Below the pieces are notes generated by a model. It saw only the letters and a program-made list of their open reading frames with translations. It searched no databases and was not told the origin of the DNA. From assembly GCA_030704615.1 (NCBI GenBank), contig CM060731.1, positions 32,302,001 to 32,366,000 of the forward strand: a stretch of DNA of 64,000 nt, written 5' to 3'. Positions 1 to 12,368 of the stretch are shown here, in pieces. The translations under genes and the position numbers were made by a program. Within the stretch, counting starts at the first letter, position 1; each line of letters starts with the position of its first letter. Source of the DNA: Takakia lepidozioides (lineage: Eukaryota > Plantae > Bryophyta).

Positions 1-664
1 ATTATTCTACTTGTCTTCATCTTTTTTGTATGTTCAGGACTGTGTAGGATGCTCGAGTCTACAGAACATTATCATCATAATATGATTGGAACCTCTTTGC
101 CGATGGAAGCCACTTTAACTAGTTTCTTGTACCGTTTCTTCAACGTACGAGCGACTGTATTTTGGTCTCAATGAAAAAAAAGGGTTGTGGGTGTAAATCA
201 CTCAAGACATTGGAGAAAAAAGTACAAAGGGCCGAAAGAGTAGAGGCAGAGGGGTCAGCTTCAGATAAGTTGATGCTCAAAGAATTATGGAAAAATGAGT
301 TGGAAAATTGCACAGATTTCTAGATGTGCAGTGTGAAACTCCTTGCAGCTACCGATGTGTTGGAAACATTACTTTCTTACTTTCTTCTTCAAAGATACAA
401 CATTCTTGAAAATTGTACGGGACAGTCAGGTGACCTTTGGGCCCTTTGAGAAAGGGTTGCAAACCCTCTCTTATCAATCTCTCGTCTGGTTTCTCCATCA
501 GCTTCCTGAACATGAGGACCACATGGTGTATCGAGAGTGGGTGGAATATGCTCCGGATCACGTAGAGAGCATGTACATGGAGGACCTCTCCATCAGAGGA
601 TACCTTCTAAAACCTGAAGACAAGAAATCCATGTGAGAGCAAATTACCTTGTATCTTACACATC

Positions 665-1533
665 TTAAGCAATCGGGTGGTAGGAACAACTCGGCACATA
701 TCTTTTCCTAACACCTTGGGGCGCAACATCAAAGACTCTATTAGCATGAATCACAAGCGGAGGGCGATTATATTGAATATTGGCTTGCAAAGTGATAGAC
801 TGCACAAGTCCTATGTGGGGATGAGAAGTGGAACGAAGTGGTCGTGTCTTGGGAACATTTTCCCACAGCTCGATAAGAATTTCTCATGCCCTTTTGTTGA
901 TCCTCAATACGATGACTATGCAAGTTTGTCCACCACTTTTGGTGAGCCAAAATTCTGCATCGGCATGCAACTCAACAAGTGATCTGACACACCAACTTCA
1001 ATCACAAAAGTTGGTCAATTCCCTTCTATGCCACGAAACTTGGGTTTGTAAACCACATCCCCTTCCTTTGATTTGCGCAAAGGGTCTCCAAATCTGGCTG
1101 ATCCAAGATTCACAATCACATTTCGGGGAAGGCCTAGATGAATCAACTTACCTGCGAACATCCTCCCAAACTTTGTTGCCCCGACCTCATGCACTACACC
1201 AACTATGAGCTTCACAATCAAAATCACTTCTCTCCCGTCGTACAGAATCCTCATGCGTGGTAGCCATCCATCTCCCTCCTAGCGCATCCTGTCAATCTCA
1301 TCAACAGACTCTTTTTTGACATCTCTAAAACCCAAGTATTGAGATGTCCGTATCCCCTCAATCAAACTCCTCGAGCGTGTCGTGCAAATCTCCTGGAAAG
1401 GAACCAAGTCTGTGAAACGGAGTGGGCAAATATTAGGATATTCAGTGAGCACTTCTTTCAGGTTTTAATCCCTCCAAGTTGGACGGTTTGACACAAACTC
1501 GACATCAGTCTCCCCACCATGGTATAACGCCAT
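665..1533 (-). pseudogene. Decayed PD-(D/E)XK restriction-endonuclease-fold (Uma2-like / Crinkler-REase-like) protein gene, fungal-type
   Basis: Manual minus-strand translation from ATG 1533: MALYHGGETD...SQYLGFRDV...IDRMR*...RILYDGREVILIVKLIVGVVHEVGATKF...LGSARFG...SKEGDVVYKP...N*PTFVIEVGVS/(frameshift)SLVELHADAEFWLTKSGGQTCIVIVLRIN...IELWENVP. The LIVK..HE / KEGD / WPT.VIEVGVSESL / DA..WL pattern matches a family I know from fungi. Several in-frame stops and one frameshift near 985. Confidence 0.65.
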
Positions 1534-1789
1534 CTTGCAGATGATGCACCTTAACAAGCTAACATTTTACATCAACACTTTAATCATTTTGAAAACATAT
1601 ATGGAGTTTTTTTTGCACCTAGTGCATGCATTACTATTGTAAAGTGTAGTATCATATGAAATTTGAAGGGCATTGACAATTGATGTAGCAACAATTGTGG
1701 ATAGACACAATTTCTCCCGATCGACCTCTAATACACTACAACAGAATCCGGCTTTTACGTCTGCTATTTTCCAGTCGTATCAGCCTTTT

Positions 1790-2530
1790 ATGACTGCATG
1801 ACTGCCCAATCAGATAAGCCCAGTCAGTTGTGACAAAAGAGTCGTAAGCGTCATAGAGTCGTATCTGCCAGTCGTGGAGCTCACTGTTGACGTGGTAACG
1901 GGGACGCCTAATCATAGTCATTGATAAGACCGTAATAATTGACTGCGAATCCATGTCAGCTTCACGTGGAACGGAAGAGATATGCCATGTGTCACGACAA
2001 GGGAAGGCAATAAGGTCTTCACGACTGGCATATACGACTTCGGAGGATTAACCCCAGGGAGCACGTGGAGAATACCGGGAACGACACGTGGCATGACAGG
2101 GTGACTTCCGCGGATTAAACCCTAGGACAACACGTGGATTAGACTGGACATGACGCGTGGCGTGACAAGGTGAGGGAGGTGGGGCCTTCCAAGACTGGCA
2201 TGTATGACTCCCGCAGACTAACCCCAGTGCCACATGTGGCAAAAATGGGACATGACACGTGCCAGGACAATGGGCTTCGGGAGGGGCTTTCGTGACTGGC
2301 ATGTATGACTTCGGACGTTTAATGCCAGGTCCACACGTGGAGTCAAATTATGCAGGGTGGGGGTGGTCGTTATGACTGGAACATATGACTTCCATGGTGC
2401 TCTGTGGAGTCTGGATATAGCACGTGGCACGCGTATGGGCGAACACGGGGGGTGAAAGTGGCACGTGCCGGAGGCTCTGTGGATGGGAGGTAGTCCTATA
2501 CATGAGCGTAGTCATGGGCTTGACTCTAGC
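1790..2530. repeat. CACTA subterminal repeats (GACTGGCATGTATGACT-like motifs, CACGTG-rich)
   Basis: Motif copies near 2022, 2192, 2294 and 2372, plus many inverted GTCAT/ATGAC and CACGTG variants directly inside the CACTA terminus. Confidence 0.7.
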
Positions 2531-2811
2531 AGCATTGAAACATAAAGCACCATTCAAAGCACATGAAAACACCATTGAGACATGAAAGCACTTTGAAATT
2601 GGAACATCAATTCAAATACAACATGAGTTAATGATCAGAGATCATTTCCATAATCTAATCCGGTGCCACTACAAAAATGCACAAAGCTGCAAAGTCTAAG
2701 TAGACTTCCAAATGCCTGAGCAGAAGATGCATACACTGGCATCTCTCGGACTGGTGCAATCCTAACACATGGCAGATGATGCACTCAAAATTCGGGGCAG
2801 TCAAACGCTCA

Positions 2812-3090
2812 TCACTTCACTTTCTGGATTTTTACAAACTTGTCACTCCAAACTGTAACATGATCTAGAGTGTCTCCCAACTCTGTGTGCGCTGGCTTCA
2901 TGGACTTGTTGTGATACGGTAGAGGGGCGTTGGTAAGTGTCACCTGTGTGATCATGATGGCCACATACCCCTCAGGCACCATAGGGTATCCGGCACTCAC
3001 TGAAGACCCTTGTAGACCAACAATGTGGCTAGATGCTACTGTTGCCCTCGAAACCGTGTCGATAAGCCGGACTTGGTCACCCACCTTTAA
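2812..3090 (-). CDS. Last exon of a CACTA TnpA/TNP1-like protein (C-terminal domain)
   Basis: LKVGDQVRLID...TVASSHIVG...VPEGYVAIMITQV...APLPY...LGDTLDHVTVW resembles the TNP1/En/Spm C-terminal domain. CAG acceptor at 3091-3093 and stop at 2812. Confidence 0.6.
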   Translation of the reverse strand, partial: LKVGDQVRLIDTVSRATVASSHIVGLQGSSVSAGYPMVPEGYVAIMITQVTLTNAPLPYHNKSMKPAHTELGDTLDHVTVWSDKFVKIQKVK

Positions 3091-6000
3091 CTGCCATCCA
3101 CCCCGAAAACCCCAGAAGATACATGAGCAAGCTTTCAGGCAAAAATCAAAGCAACAACAACATACACATATGTGAAACAGACAAACATCGCTAAGAATAT
3201 GTGTAAGCACGATTACATAAACTCCATGTGTGCAAATTCAAAAATTGCAGGTAGGTAGGGAACCTGTACCCCATTCTGGCAGTCAAGGACTGGAGGTTTG
3301 GGAGTTGTCTTGCTGACAGGTAGCGCGGTGGCTGCCCCTCAACTGCCGCAGATTGTGAATGGCCAGGTACCTGCACACAGGAACATATGCTCCACACATT
3401 GGACTGGGTTCCCACAAGTACCACTCGTAAATGGGTTGGCGATAAGGCGCTGCAAATTTCATGGGGCAGTGGATTAATCTTACCTGCAATGCCCTGTGGC
3501 CAGAGACTTGCGTAATCCCGGCAGGCACCTACACAGACAAAGCATACTGCACGATGAGTGGTAGCGGAGATACACCGCAGGTTACAGCCATATTGCTTGC
3601 TATGTTGGCAGCTTACTCCCCTACAACTAAAGCTACACACATTCCTCAAAAAAGGATGGGTGGGCGGTGCGCCGCCCCCCTTCGCGCCTCTCGGCTAACC
3701 TCGCTGCTATCTGCTAGTTTAGTGCTATTGCTAAACTTCACCCTTTTTTCCACTCTTACTACGGCCCCCGCTAGCGGCTCTGCAATCCTAGTTAAGACCA
3801 TCAGTTTTAGCACAGGTCGCTGCCATAGCTCTCCAGCTCCTCTTCTCCCGCCGCTGTCCATCTTGCACAACCCCCCTGGGTTCTACCGCACCCCCCTCTC
3901 CCCCCTCACTCCCCTGCGCACGTTTTAAGCTATTTTTTACAAGTTTACCGACCACACTCGGCCCAGGAAAGTCTGCTTGAGATCATCTATCGCAGAGGCT
4001 ACAATACCACGTATGACACTGCGTTTGTCACGCAGCCGAGCTCTCAACATGGGGAGTCTACAGATCGCACCTCCTCGCATGGATATTGGCACTCTACTGC
4101 TACACCGTCAAGGGCATGGAAGACCCCTTCCCTATGCTTGGCACTCTCATGGAATTCCTGCGAAACCATTCCCAGGCTGGAGAGCACGTCCAAGCTCTCA
4201 AGACAGTGGAGACAGGGCTGGATGGGGACACTGGCTCAAAATCGCTTGGCTAGGCAACCGACTATTAGGTCACTCCCAACAGCGTTCCAACGGTGCACTG
4301 CACCGATCTTACGTCCCTCTACCAGTTCGACTACATGCAAATGGGTTCCGCTTCATTACAAGGGTTTGCATCGTTATATTGATATACACGCTCACTACAA
4401 GTTGACCAGCTACTGCCAGCTAGCTATCGAGTGCAACCTTGGAGCGGAAGTGCGGGATGTTGATTTGAAGGATAGGCTCACGCTCAACCCCAACTTTCTT
4501 TCTGGCAGACACTTACTTTGCCTTACAACTCCCCAGCTGCACTCTCCGGACTCCCCAGTTTGGTCCCTCCCCCCACTATGCCGATCCACCACTTCTCTGG
4601 TCTCCCACGACATAGGTACGTTCCCACATACCACTCTCCCCCCTCACCCTCCTTTCCCTAACTTCTGGCCCCTCCCAATCGTTGCAGACCCCAAAACGCT
4701 GCCCTCGCTTGCGTGCCCAATATCTACACAAATGCTATTCACAAAGGTACAGCCTCCGACATCTATTCTACTGCCACCTACTCCTCGGTTTACAACCACC
4801 AAGGTATGCTCTCGCGTTACCCTACTCTTGTTTATATCTAGTTGCAATGTCCCTACCCTCTACATAATCTACACTCAAACTCTCACCCTCCCACACCCGC
4901 TCTCCCCCAATGCTCACTGCTCCAACACCCACAATTGTACCCAGCACCTAACTCATCTTACCACCAGGGTGGACCGCACATCCCAGTATCCATACATACA
5001 CTGTGCTCAAAATTGGCCCAATCTCATCTTATACAGTAGCGGGTATGGTCTTACTTTTATAAATATGTTGCTACCTTACTGGGATACTCCCACTGCACCG
5101 ACTACTCATGCCCACTTAAAGGTCTACAGGCCAGTTCTTGAGCTCGCAGATACTGACATCGGATCTTGCTGTGCGGATCTCGGGTTGTCTTCATCCCTGG
5201 CTAGACCAAAAATGCACCAACCCCTCACCAAGTGGTACCCCGTCTCCTGGTATTCTCTTACCCACTCCACTCTTCACTTGTCACAAGCGTAGCATTCCCC
5301 ACATGGCATGGGACTACCACAACAACATACCGAGCTTTCACACGACCTATCCACATAATTCTCTATCAGCAACTGTGCCGCATATTCTCCCAACTACTAT
5401 GCAGATGCTCTTTCCCCCAATGCCTACTCCACCCACCTCCCACCATACTAGTACTGATTCCCCGTGGTGGTGTTCCTGTGTCGTTGGTGCTTACAGGTAC
5501 CCAATGGATTCTGGTGCACACAAGCCGAAGGACCTTCGCATACCCACAACTCACCCCTAGCATCGCCACCCCGACAGTTCCTCTGCCGCCTCCCGACACT
5601 TATCCCAATCAGTTCCCCCCGCAACTCTTAAGGTCATGCTCAACAAAAACTGGCTACCCTACAGGTATGTACCCCACCCACCTTTATACTCTCCTACCAT
5701 GCTCAATCAAAGCTATCAACGGTTCTCCAAATTTGCAGTATCCACTAGCTCTCTAATTGCGTGCACTACACCACGGCTACTCCATAGGTATCAGGCACCA
5801 ACCCATCATCAGCTCTCAAATATGAAAATGCCTAGTCATGCTTTGCAGTCCTCCCTCAACCAGTATCACATGCACGCCATTGAGCCCCGTCTCTCGCAGC
5901 CTAGAGGTCCATGTTACGGTAAGCCTTGGAATGTCCAACACATTCCCCTGCAGCTTGTAGGCACTATACCCAATGACTATACTCTCATAGCCATCCCCTC

Positions 6001-8519
6001 ATCTACTGCCATGTACCCAACACAGGTCATCATCTACCTAACTACTCGTTTCCCGCATCGATCTCCATGCCCTGCTGATTTATCCCCTCTCGAACATAGC
6101 CTCCCTGGCATCCCCCACCCTGGCTGACAAATTCCCACACCACCAGACCCATGCATCTTCCATGCACATCCATTACTCAATACCTGTGACCCACCTCTCC
6201 AGATTGCCCTCTCACCCCCACACCATTATGCCAATAAACAACCAGACTTACAACTCATTGTTTTCATGTGCAGTTTCTGCCCATATATTGACACTTCGCA
6301 TTCACCTGCGATTTGGACCCCCTCGCCAAGCCACATCAACCACACAAGCTGCATGGGCTCACAACACCCCCCACTGCGAACAATTGGACTTACATTGGCT
6401 CACATCCCGACAAAAGCTGAATACTTTGACCTGGTGCTGCCATTGGCTGCCCCCCTACAGGCTGACCCAGTTTATTTGGCCATCTGCCACCCCCTCCAGT
6501 CAATTAGCTCTCATCTCTCATCTCTCATATGTCTGTAGTACCCCCATTGCCACATCTGCTGGCCGAGCAGAGCTAACCTCCGCCAACACCTGCTGCCCCT
6601 AGACAAGATGCTTCTGTCTCCACGGACTGTGACCCCTGTCACTTCCCCCCAAGAACCCCATCAGAATCATCTTGGTTACTGGATTTCCCTAATTAGCATG
6701 CCCTCTCCTTCATCCAATTCAGAGCTTAATTTTATTATATGTCTTGTTGCTGCCAGAACTCTGGCCTATGTCTTATGAATTCCTAGTCCTCCAACACTAT
6801 ACTCCCACTGTCCATACTCACTTGCGTTCCTCACAATTCCATATCCTCATCCACTACTTATACTCCAATCCCCACAACCTGGCACCCATTCTACCCTGAT
6901 CTCCTACGCTTCTACACACTCACACAACACCATGTTAGCACTAACTAGTTTAAACAGATGGCCCACCCCACTCACACATACAATTCTATATCTCCCCGCC
7001 ATACGGTCAAAGCCCCCTTTTGCACAATTCCCCATCTTCACACCCACCCCCACAATCAGCTCACACCATAACATACCCCACACCCTGTTATCATATATTT
7101 GCATCCACGCACACCCTCACTGCCTACACCGATACACTACAGAATATACAAATATCCACAAACATATCACACTCTCCTATCATGTCAACACCGACAGTTT
7201 CTCCCACACAACGCGCTCTATCACCCAGGCACATACCTGTCGCCCAACTTCTCCGCCCAACCCATGCAACCCTATGCACAGTAATTCACCAGTGCAAGGG
7301 CTACACCCTGCCTACTCTCACAGCAAGCACAATATCCACTACTCCAAATCATCCCACCATCTAGCAACCCCCCCCCCCCTCTTGCTACATCACCTCCCAC
7401 CTGCCATCCTTTCTTTTATCACCCCCCTACTTTCCCCAAGTTCCATCCAAGTCACCACCTAAGCCACCCACCCAGAGCTGCAGTATTAAACACCCCATGC
7501 AATCAGCCTGTCCCTTCCCCCCTTGCAACTCATCTAATTGCACCACTTCCAGTAAGTACCCATTAATCAGCCGTCCCCCCCACATTATGCTGCCTACCCA
7601 GAGCCCAGACAAGCTCTGATATCTCTATTCTTCACACTCGATGCCATTGGCTTGGGTATAGTCTATAGCAATGCTTGTTGCAAACGTCAAACTAGAGAGC
7701 TCCAGAGGCAGCGTGGGGAGCCCTTGTTTCCACCGGAGGAGGAAGAGAACGAAGTCGTTATACTTCACGAGCACTAGGGACAGGAATAGAGCCAGATATA
7801 GAATGAGGATGGAAAGAGTAGACTATGGCATGTAACCAAAGTAATAATTGGACATTGTTAACCGTATTTGGATGCGGGTGTCATCATTGTGTGCGAACGG
7901 AATTCATCCATTTCGGCGTCTTTGTATTATCCAAGAAATAAAGTGGTGGAAAAAAAGTAGATCCGTTGCATGTACTTGTGATATATGTCAGATGTACTTC
8001 GCCGCCTGCCAATACATGGGAGCCTTCTTGCATTCTTTGAAATTCGGAAGTGCCGTAGAAATCTAATGCTAGTTCAATTTCGAGCAGTACTTGCAGATTC
8101 GCAATAATTGTTATGCTTCACATATGCGTCCACGTGTGTTGTACTGCCTACCATGTGGTTTGCATTTCGCCGTCACCGTCGCAATGGGGTCATTCGGTAT
8201 AAAGGGTTGTGTCGGCAATGGTCATGTGTTGCACACACTCATGCGAGGTGTCTCCCGGAGTGTCAGTGTTTGTGCTGTGCTCTTCTGGCACAGCACAACC
8301 TCATTAGATTCGGGGTCTTCCTGTTTACTGCTCTCCAGGGTTGTTGTCGTCTTTCCATAATAGATGATTTAATGTCATGTTCAGGGTTTGTTTTTCATCC
8401 AAATATAGCACGGCTTCTTGTGGCTTCTTATCTTAGAAAACAGTTTTTCTGGTTGGTGTCTCTCAGTGTGGCTGTCTGTGAAGTTCGGTACATGTCATTC
8501 CTACATCATTTGCATGCAT

Positions 8520-10347
8520 CGCCATGTGTACGATCCAGCGTACCAACGTGTGTTCTCCATAGCAATTTGTGATATGCAGTCGGAGGACACTGAATCCCAG
8601 ATGCTCATGTGGAATTCGCTCCTGGCCGTCATGCAGCGCAATGGAATACAGAACACAAATTTTGCGGACTTCATGGCTGATAGTGCACAGGCAAATTTCA
8701 ATGCAGTGCGACGCGTGTTTGGTTCGGGGGATCCTAAGGTCCCAATGGAAAATAGGGAGCGCACATGCCTCTTCCATTGGAGTCAATCTCTGGCACGTCA
8801 TACAAAGCGCTGCATTCGCCCTGACCTTCAGTTGGAGTACAGAAGGCTCTACCTCAAGTACAAAAATGCCACCTCAATGGGAGAAGCTGAGAGCACTTAC
8901 CAAGCAATCCGGGCTTGGTGGTTCTCCTCTGGTGCTGCTACTGGTATCCAACTAAAGGAGTTGGAGGACTGGTTGGTTTTCTGGCACTTCAGGTACAGAC
9001 AGTGGGGAGCTTTCATGACGACGGTAAGCCTCTTCAATCCCAGAAATACAAATTTCACTTTGCATCATGCCTGTTCATTTGGGGTTGTTGGATTGTCACT
9101 TGCAGAACCTCTTCCATTTCCTTCCGTTCCTCACATTTCCATGCAATGCCTCCTGCAAGACATGTCCTTGGAGGACTTGGCCGACATGCCATCCTATAAT
9201 TTGGCGGAGACTGTTCACAACGCCTGGATGCAGCAGTCTACCAAAGCAGGACGTGACTTGTATGTGGCCACTGCTGATGACATGGTGCGGGCTCTTACAC
9301 AACAAACCGGGTACTGCAATTTTCTGATGGGACGGGGCGGAGGCAAGGGCCCTGATACAACTTTGTTGATGCTAAGGGCTGCGAGTAGGTCCGGAGACCC
9401 ATCGAAGATGGCCAGAGCTCTGAACAAGTGCATTGAAGGCTCCCCTTTGCAATCCAGGCTCCCCCATTTGGAAGGCGAGGAAAGATTTGGATCATGCAAA
9501 AGGAAATTGAACACTCCTCCAGGGTCGGATGGAGATTCCCATCGGCCGGATAGGGTCAATTTCTCTGTACCAAGGGTGTCTCCAGTGCAGACTAAGTCAT
9601 GTGCCCGCCCCTTCCCAGGTGGGTCCTCCTCCAGTGGAGCAGGTGCAGATCATGCAAGCACAACAGCAGGAATCCCATTGGAGGAGGTGGTGGCCATGGT
9701 GCATGAATCTGATTGCATTGATAGTGAGTGACATATAGAACGCACCCCACCAGGATCTAGAGTGGCTTGCAGGGCAATTCGGACCTCCTCTTTCAAGAAA
9801 TGCAAATCAAAAATATGCAAAGGCTCCAGAGGGACTCCAGCTCCAACATTCACAGGGTTGTTCCGACCTTATCATAGTGGGGAGTCAAAGGACCACAAGT
9901 TCTGGTTCTGCCCAGACGATATGGCACGATGCATCAAGGGACCTTCGGTGATAATGAAGCCCCCTCCCCCTGCAATTTGGCTTGTGAAACTTGGGACGTC
10001 GCTGTCATCAACCGAGATAAGCATGCAGGAGGAGGGAGGGTTCTGTCTTGCACGGTCCCGGGTGGTGCCCTCATGCACTATCAGCACAGATGTGCCACAT
10101 GCTCCGGCAATGCCTCCACCCGGTGCCAACTCCCACCCAACAAAAAGAGATGGAAAAACAGTGCGTCGTGTCGCTACGGGTGCAGATCACGAATGCAAGA
10201 TGGAATCGGCTAGAATTTTGTAGGTTCGGGTGACTTGTATCACCGAAGTCCCTGCCCCGGGGTATGGACGGATTTACCCAGTGTTGTCTATTGGCTCAGT
10301 TCTTCATGGCAAAGAATATCAGGTTACCGTGGGGAATTCCCCTACGT
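8520..10347 (+). pseudogene. MULE transposase copy M1 (5'-truncated, cut off before SWIM by the M2 insertion)
   Basis: HVYDP...IAICDMQSED...FMADSAQAN...RTCLFHW (second D plus CxxH) and NLAETVH (E). Contains a 135-bp in-frame intron 9024-9158 with its acceptor mutated to CAA. Stops at 9729 and 10221. Ends at YQVTVGNSPT, exactly where M2 and M3 begin the SWIM CxC. Confidence 0.85.
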
Positions 10348-11020
10348 GGGGGGTTGCTATTCCATGAGCTCATGAGCAGGCATGGCTCACCCATGAGCCG
10401 CCAAGTAACACACTTCGAATTTCGGCAGATTTTTTTCGGGCCTAAAACTATAAAATAATCGAAAGTAGTATAAGAAGAGAAGGTTTTCGAAGATTTCCGC
10501 GCTCATGCTGGAAGCACTCCGCTCATAAGTACCAGTGTCCGCTCATGACTTGGAGCCCAAGCTCATGGACCGCCAGGCCAGGTCATAGAAAAACTGAATT
10601 CTGGGCAATAACGGCACCGAAATTATCCCAGAGGAAGAGACGCAAGCGGAATTAGGATCCGGGTTTGGAGACTCTGAAAACGCAATGGCGACCTATAACC
10701 GTGGATAGTATTGTTGCAGAAGTGCAGGATGGTTGGGTATAACGGCGCCGTAATTGGGCACAGGAAAAGAAATAGCCGGCTGAAGGCTCAGGAGTGAAGC
10801 CAATAACGGTGCCGAAATTGGGCTCCGCCCACCAAATACCCGGCTGAAGCCTCCGGAGTGCAGCCAATAATGGCGCCGAAATTGGGCCCCAGAAACCAAA
10901 TACTCGGTTGAAACCACCGGAGTGCAGCCGATAACGGCGCCGAAATTGGGCTCCGGAAACAAAATTCTCGGCTGAAGCTTCCGCAGTCCATCCAATAACA
11001 GCGCCGAAATTGGGCTCCGG
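10348..11020. repeat. M2 terminus with CATGAGC/GCTCATG repeats and a ~64-bp tandem array containing AACGGCGCCGAAATTGGG
   Basis: Motif copies near 10614, 10744, 10807, 10871, 10935 and 10999. Confidence 0.85.
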
Positions 11021-11254
11021 AGAGCAAATACCCGCCTTACGGTGAGGGAGTTTTGCAAACTCTCCTGAAACTGGTGCGGATTTGTCTAATAAAAGCACAC
11101 ATGTCGGAGGAAATAGAAGTTCTGCCGCATACGACATTGGCAGTGCAGCAATGATATATCCCTCTTCCGCCGGCCTCGCTCTTATTTTGCTCTTCATTCT
11201 TCTCTGTTGTGCCCATCTCCTCCCTACTCTGAGTTCTTGCTGTGTTGTAAGGCC

Positions 11255-11703
11255 ATGTCGTGCCCGAATCACATCTATCGACGCCAGACGGGAGTCATTG
11301 TCCCAAAAACAGACAACATCATTGTCTTCCTAGATGTTTACAGGGACGATCCTCGACTTGTCCAGCTGAGAGCAATGGAGTTTCTTCCAGGATTGCACGA
11401 TTCTCCTGGACCCCTGCTGGGGAGCAAGTGGTTCATGCGCATCATGGACCTGGACTTTCCGCTGGAGTGGGAGCCGAACAGATCACGCATAGCGTTGTTG
11501 TATCGCTGGAACTGTTGCGAGTGGACTATGATGAGTGCATAGGTGAAAACTTCACGCGTGGACGGACTGGCTCGGAAAGTGGGGACATTCTCTTCAGTTA
11601 TGAAGATGAGGAGGAGGGGAACACACGGCCCACTGTGAAAATGTCCTTCTACAAAGGAGGCGCTATCTATAAACACGACATCCTGTCTTGCATGCTAGAG
11701 TAG
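11255..11703 (+). pseudogene. Small unknown ORF inside M2 (about 150 aa, one apparent frameshift)
   Basis: Overlapping ORFs 11207-11542 and 11260-11703 join into a protein-like sequence (MSCPNHIYRRQTGVIV...VFLDVYRDDPRLVQLRAM.../...ELLRVDYDECIG...ILFSYEDEE). No recognisable domain. Confidence 0.35.
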
Positions 11704-12368
11704 ACATGTTTCGACTCGCCGACACTCATGGCACATACAATTTGATTCAGAAATCAAGTATCTTCCTTGTGCCATATGGGGAATATACATGCTTGGATAA
11801 TCTTCTGTTAAGGTTTTTTGCAATTCATTGCCAGTATGCTGGGACGTGTCATTTGTCGTATGGATTGCTGTTTGCACAAGGTGCAGTATGCAAATGCTGG
11901 AATGTGCAGTAGGACCCTTCCCACTGGGACACAGAACTAGCAATCTTGTACAGGCATCACATTTGCAGAACACTGACAATATATTGGTAACAAATTGGAG
12001 TCTTCTCATAAAGGTGGACGAAAACGCCAGGATGGGCTGCGAAATCACCACAAATTGAATGAAGAGCAGTAACAAGGAAGCACTATGCAGTATACAGTCC
12101 AATAACGGCGCTGAAATAGGCCACAATGCCCGTGTATCTCCACACAATGTATGTTTTCCTCGGATCCATTAATAGACATAACCAAAATAAAAAAAACATG
12201 CCCATGCCATTCACGGCCAAAACCACATTCTCATGTATTGCGGCACCGAAATGCACCTGGAGCCATGGCGGTGCGGCATCACCAAGTGTATAATTCCTCA
12301 CAAAAAAATAGGGTGCAAGAAGATGAATGTAATATAATTGCCACTTTCTCCTTCCCGAATGTGGAATG

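Larger units (their letters stand above)
1734..3090 (-). mobile_element. CACTA (En/Spm) DNA transposon, 3' end only
   Basis: Terminus CACTACAACAGAA at 1734, then about 750 bp of subterminal repeats, then the last exon of a TNP1/En/Spm-like gene pointing toward this end. No matching other end was found. Confidence 0.75.

Noticed and set aside
343-636. 97-aa ORF at the window start
   Set aside because: No recognisable motif or gene structure.
2667-2677. Second CACTA terminus CACTACAAAAA
   Set aside because: No subterminal repeats follow and no partner end was found; probably chance.
4138-7462. Long + strand ORFs (up to 384 aa) as genes
   Set aside because: Pro/His/Thr-rich translations are expected from C-rich, stop-poor sequence, and no motifs were recognised.
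10652-11272. Repetitive ORFs (PISAPL / QFRRR / NFGA) here and at 16227-17020 and 56960-57691
   Set aside because: These are translations of the palindromic DNA arrays, open in several frames on both strands.
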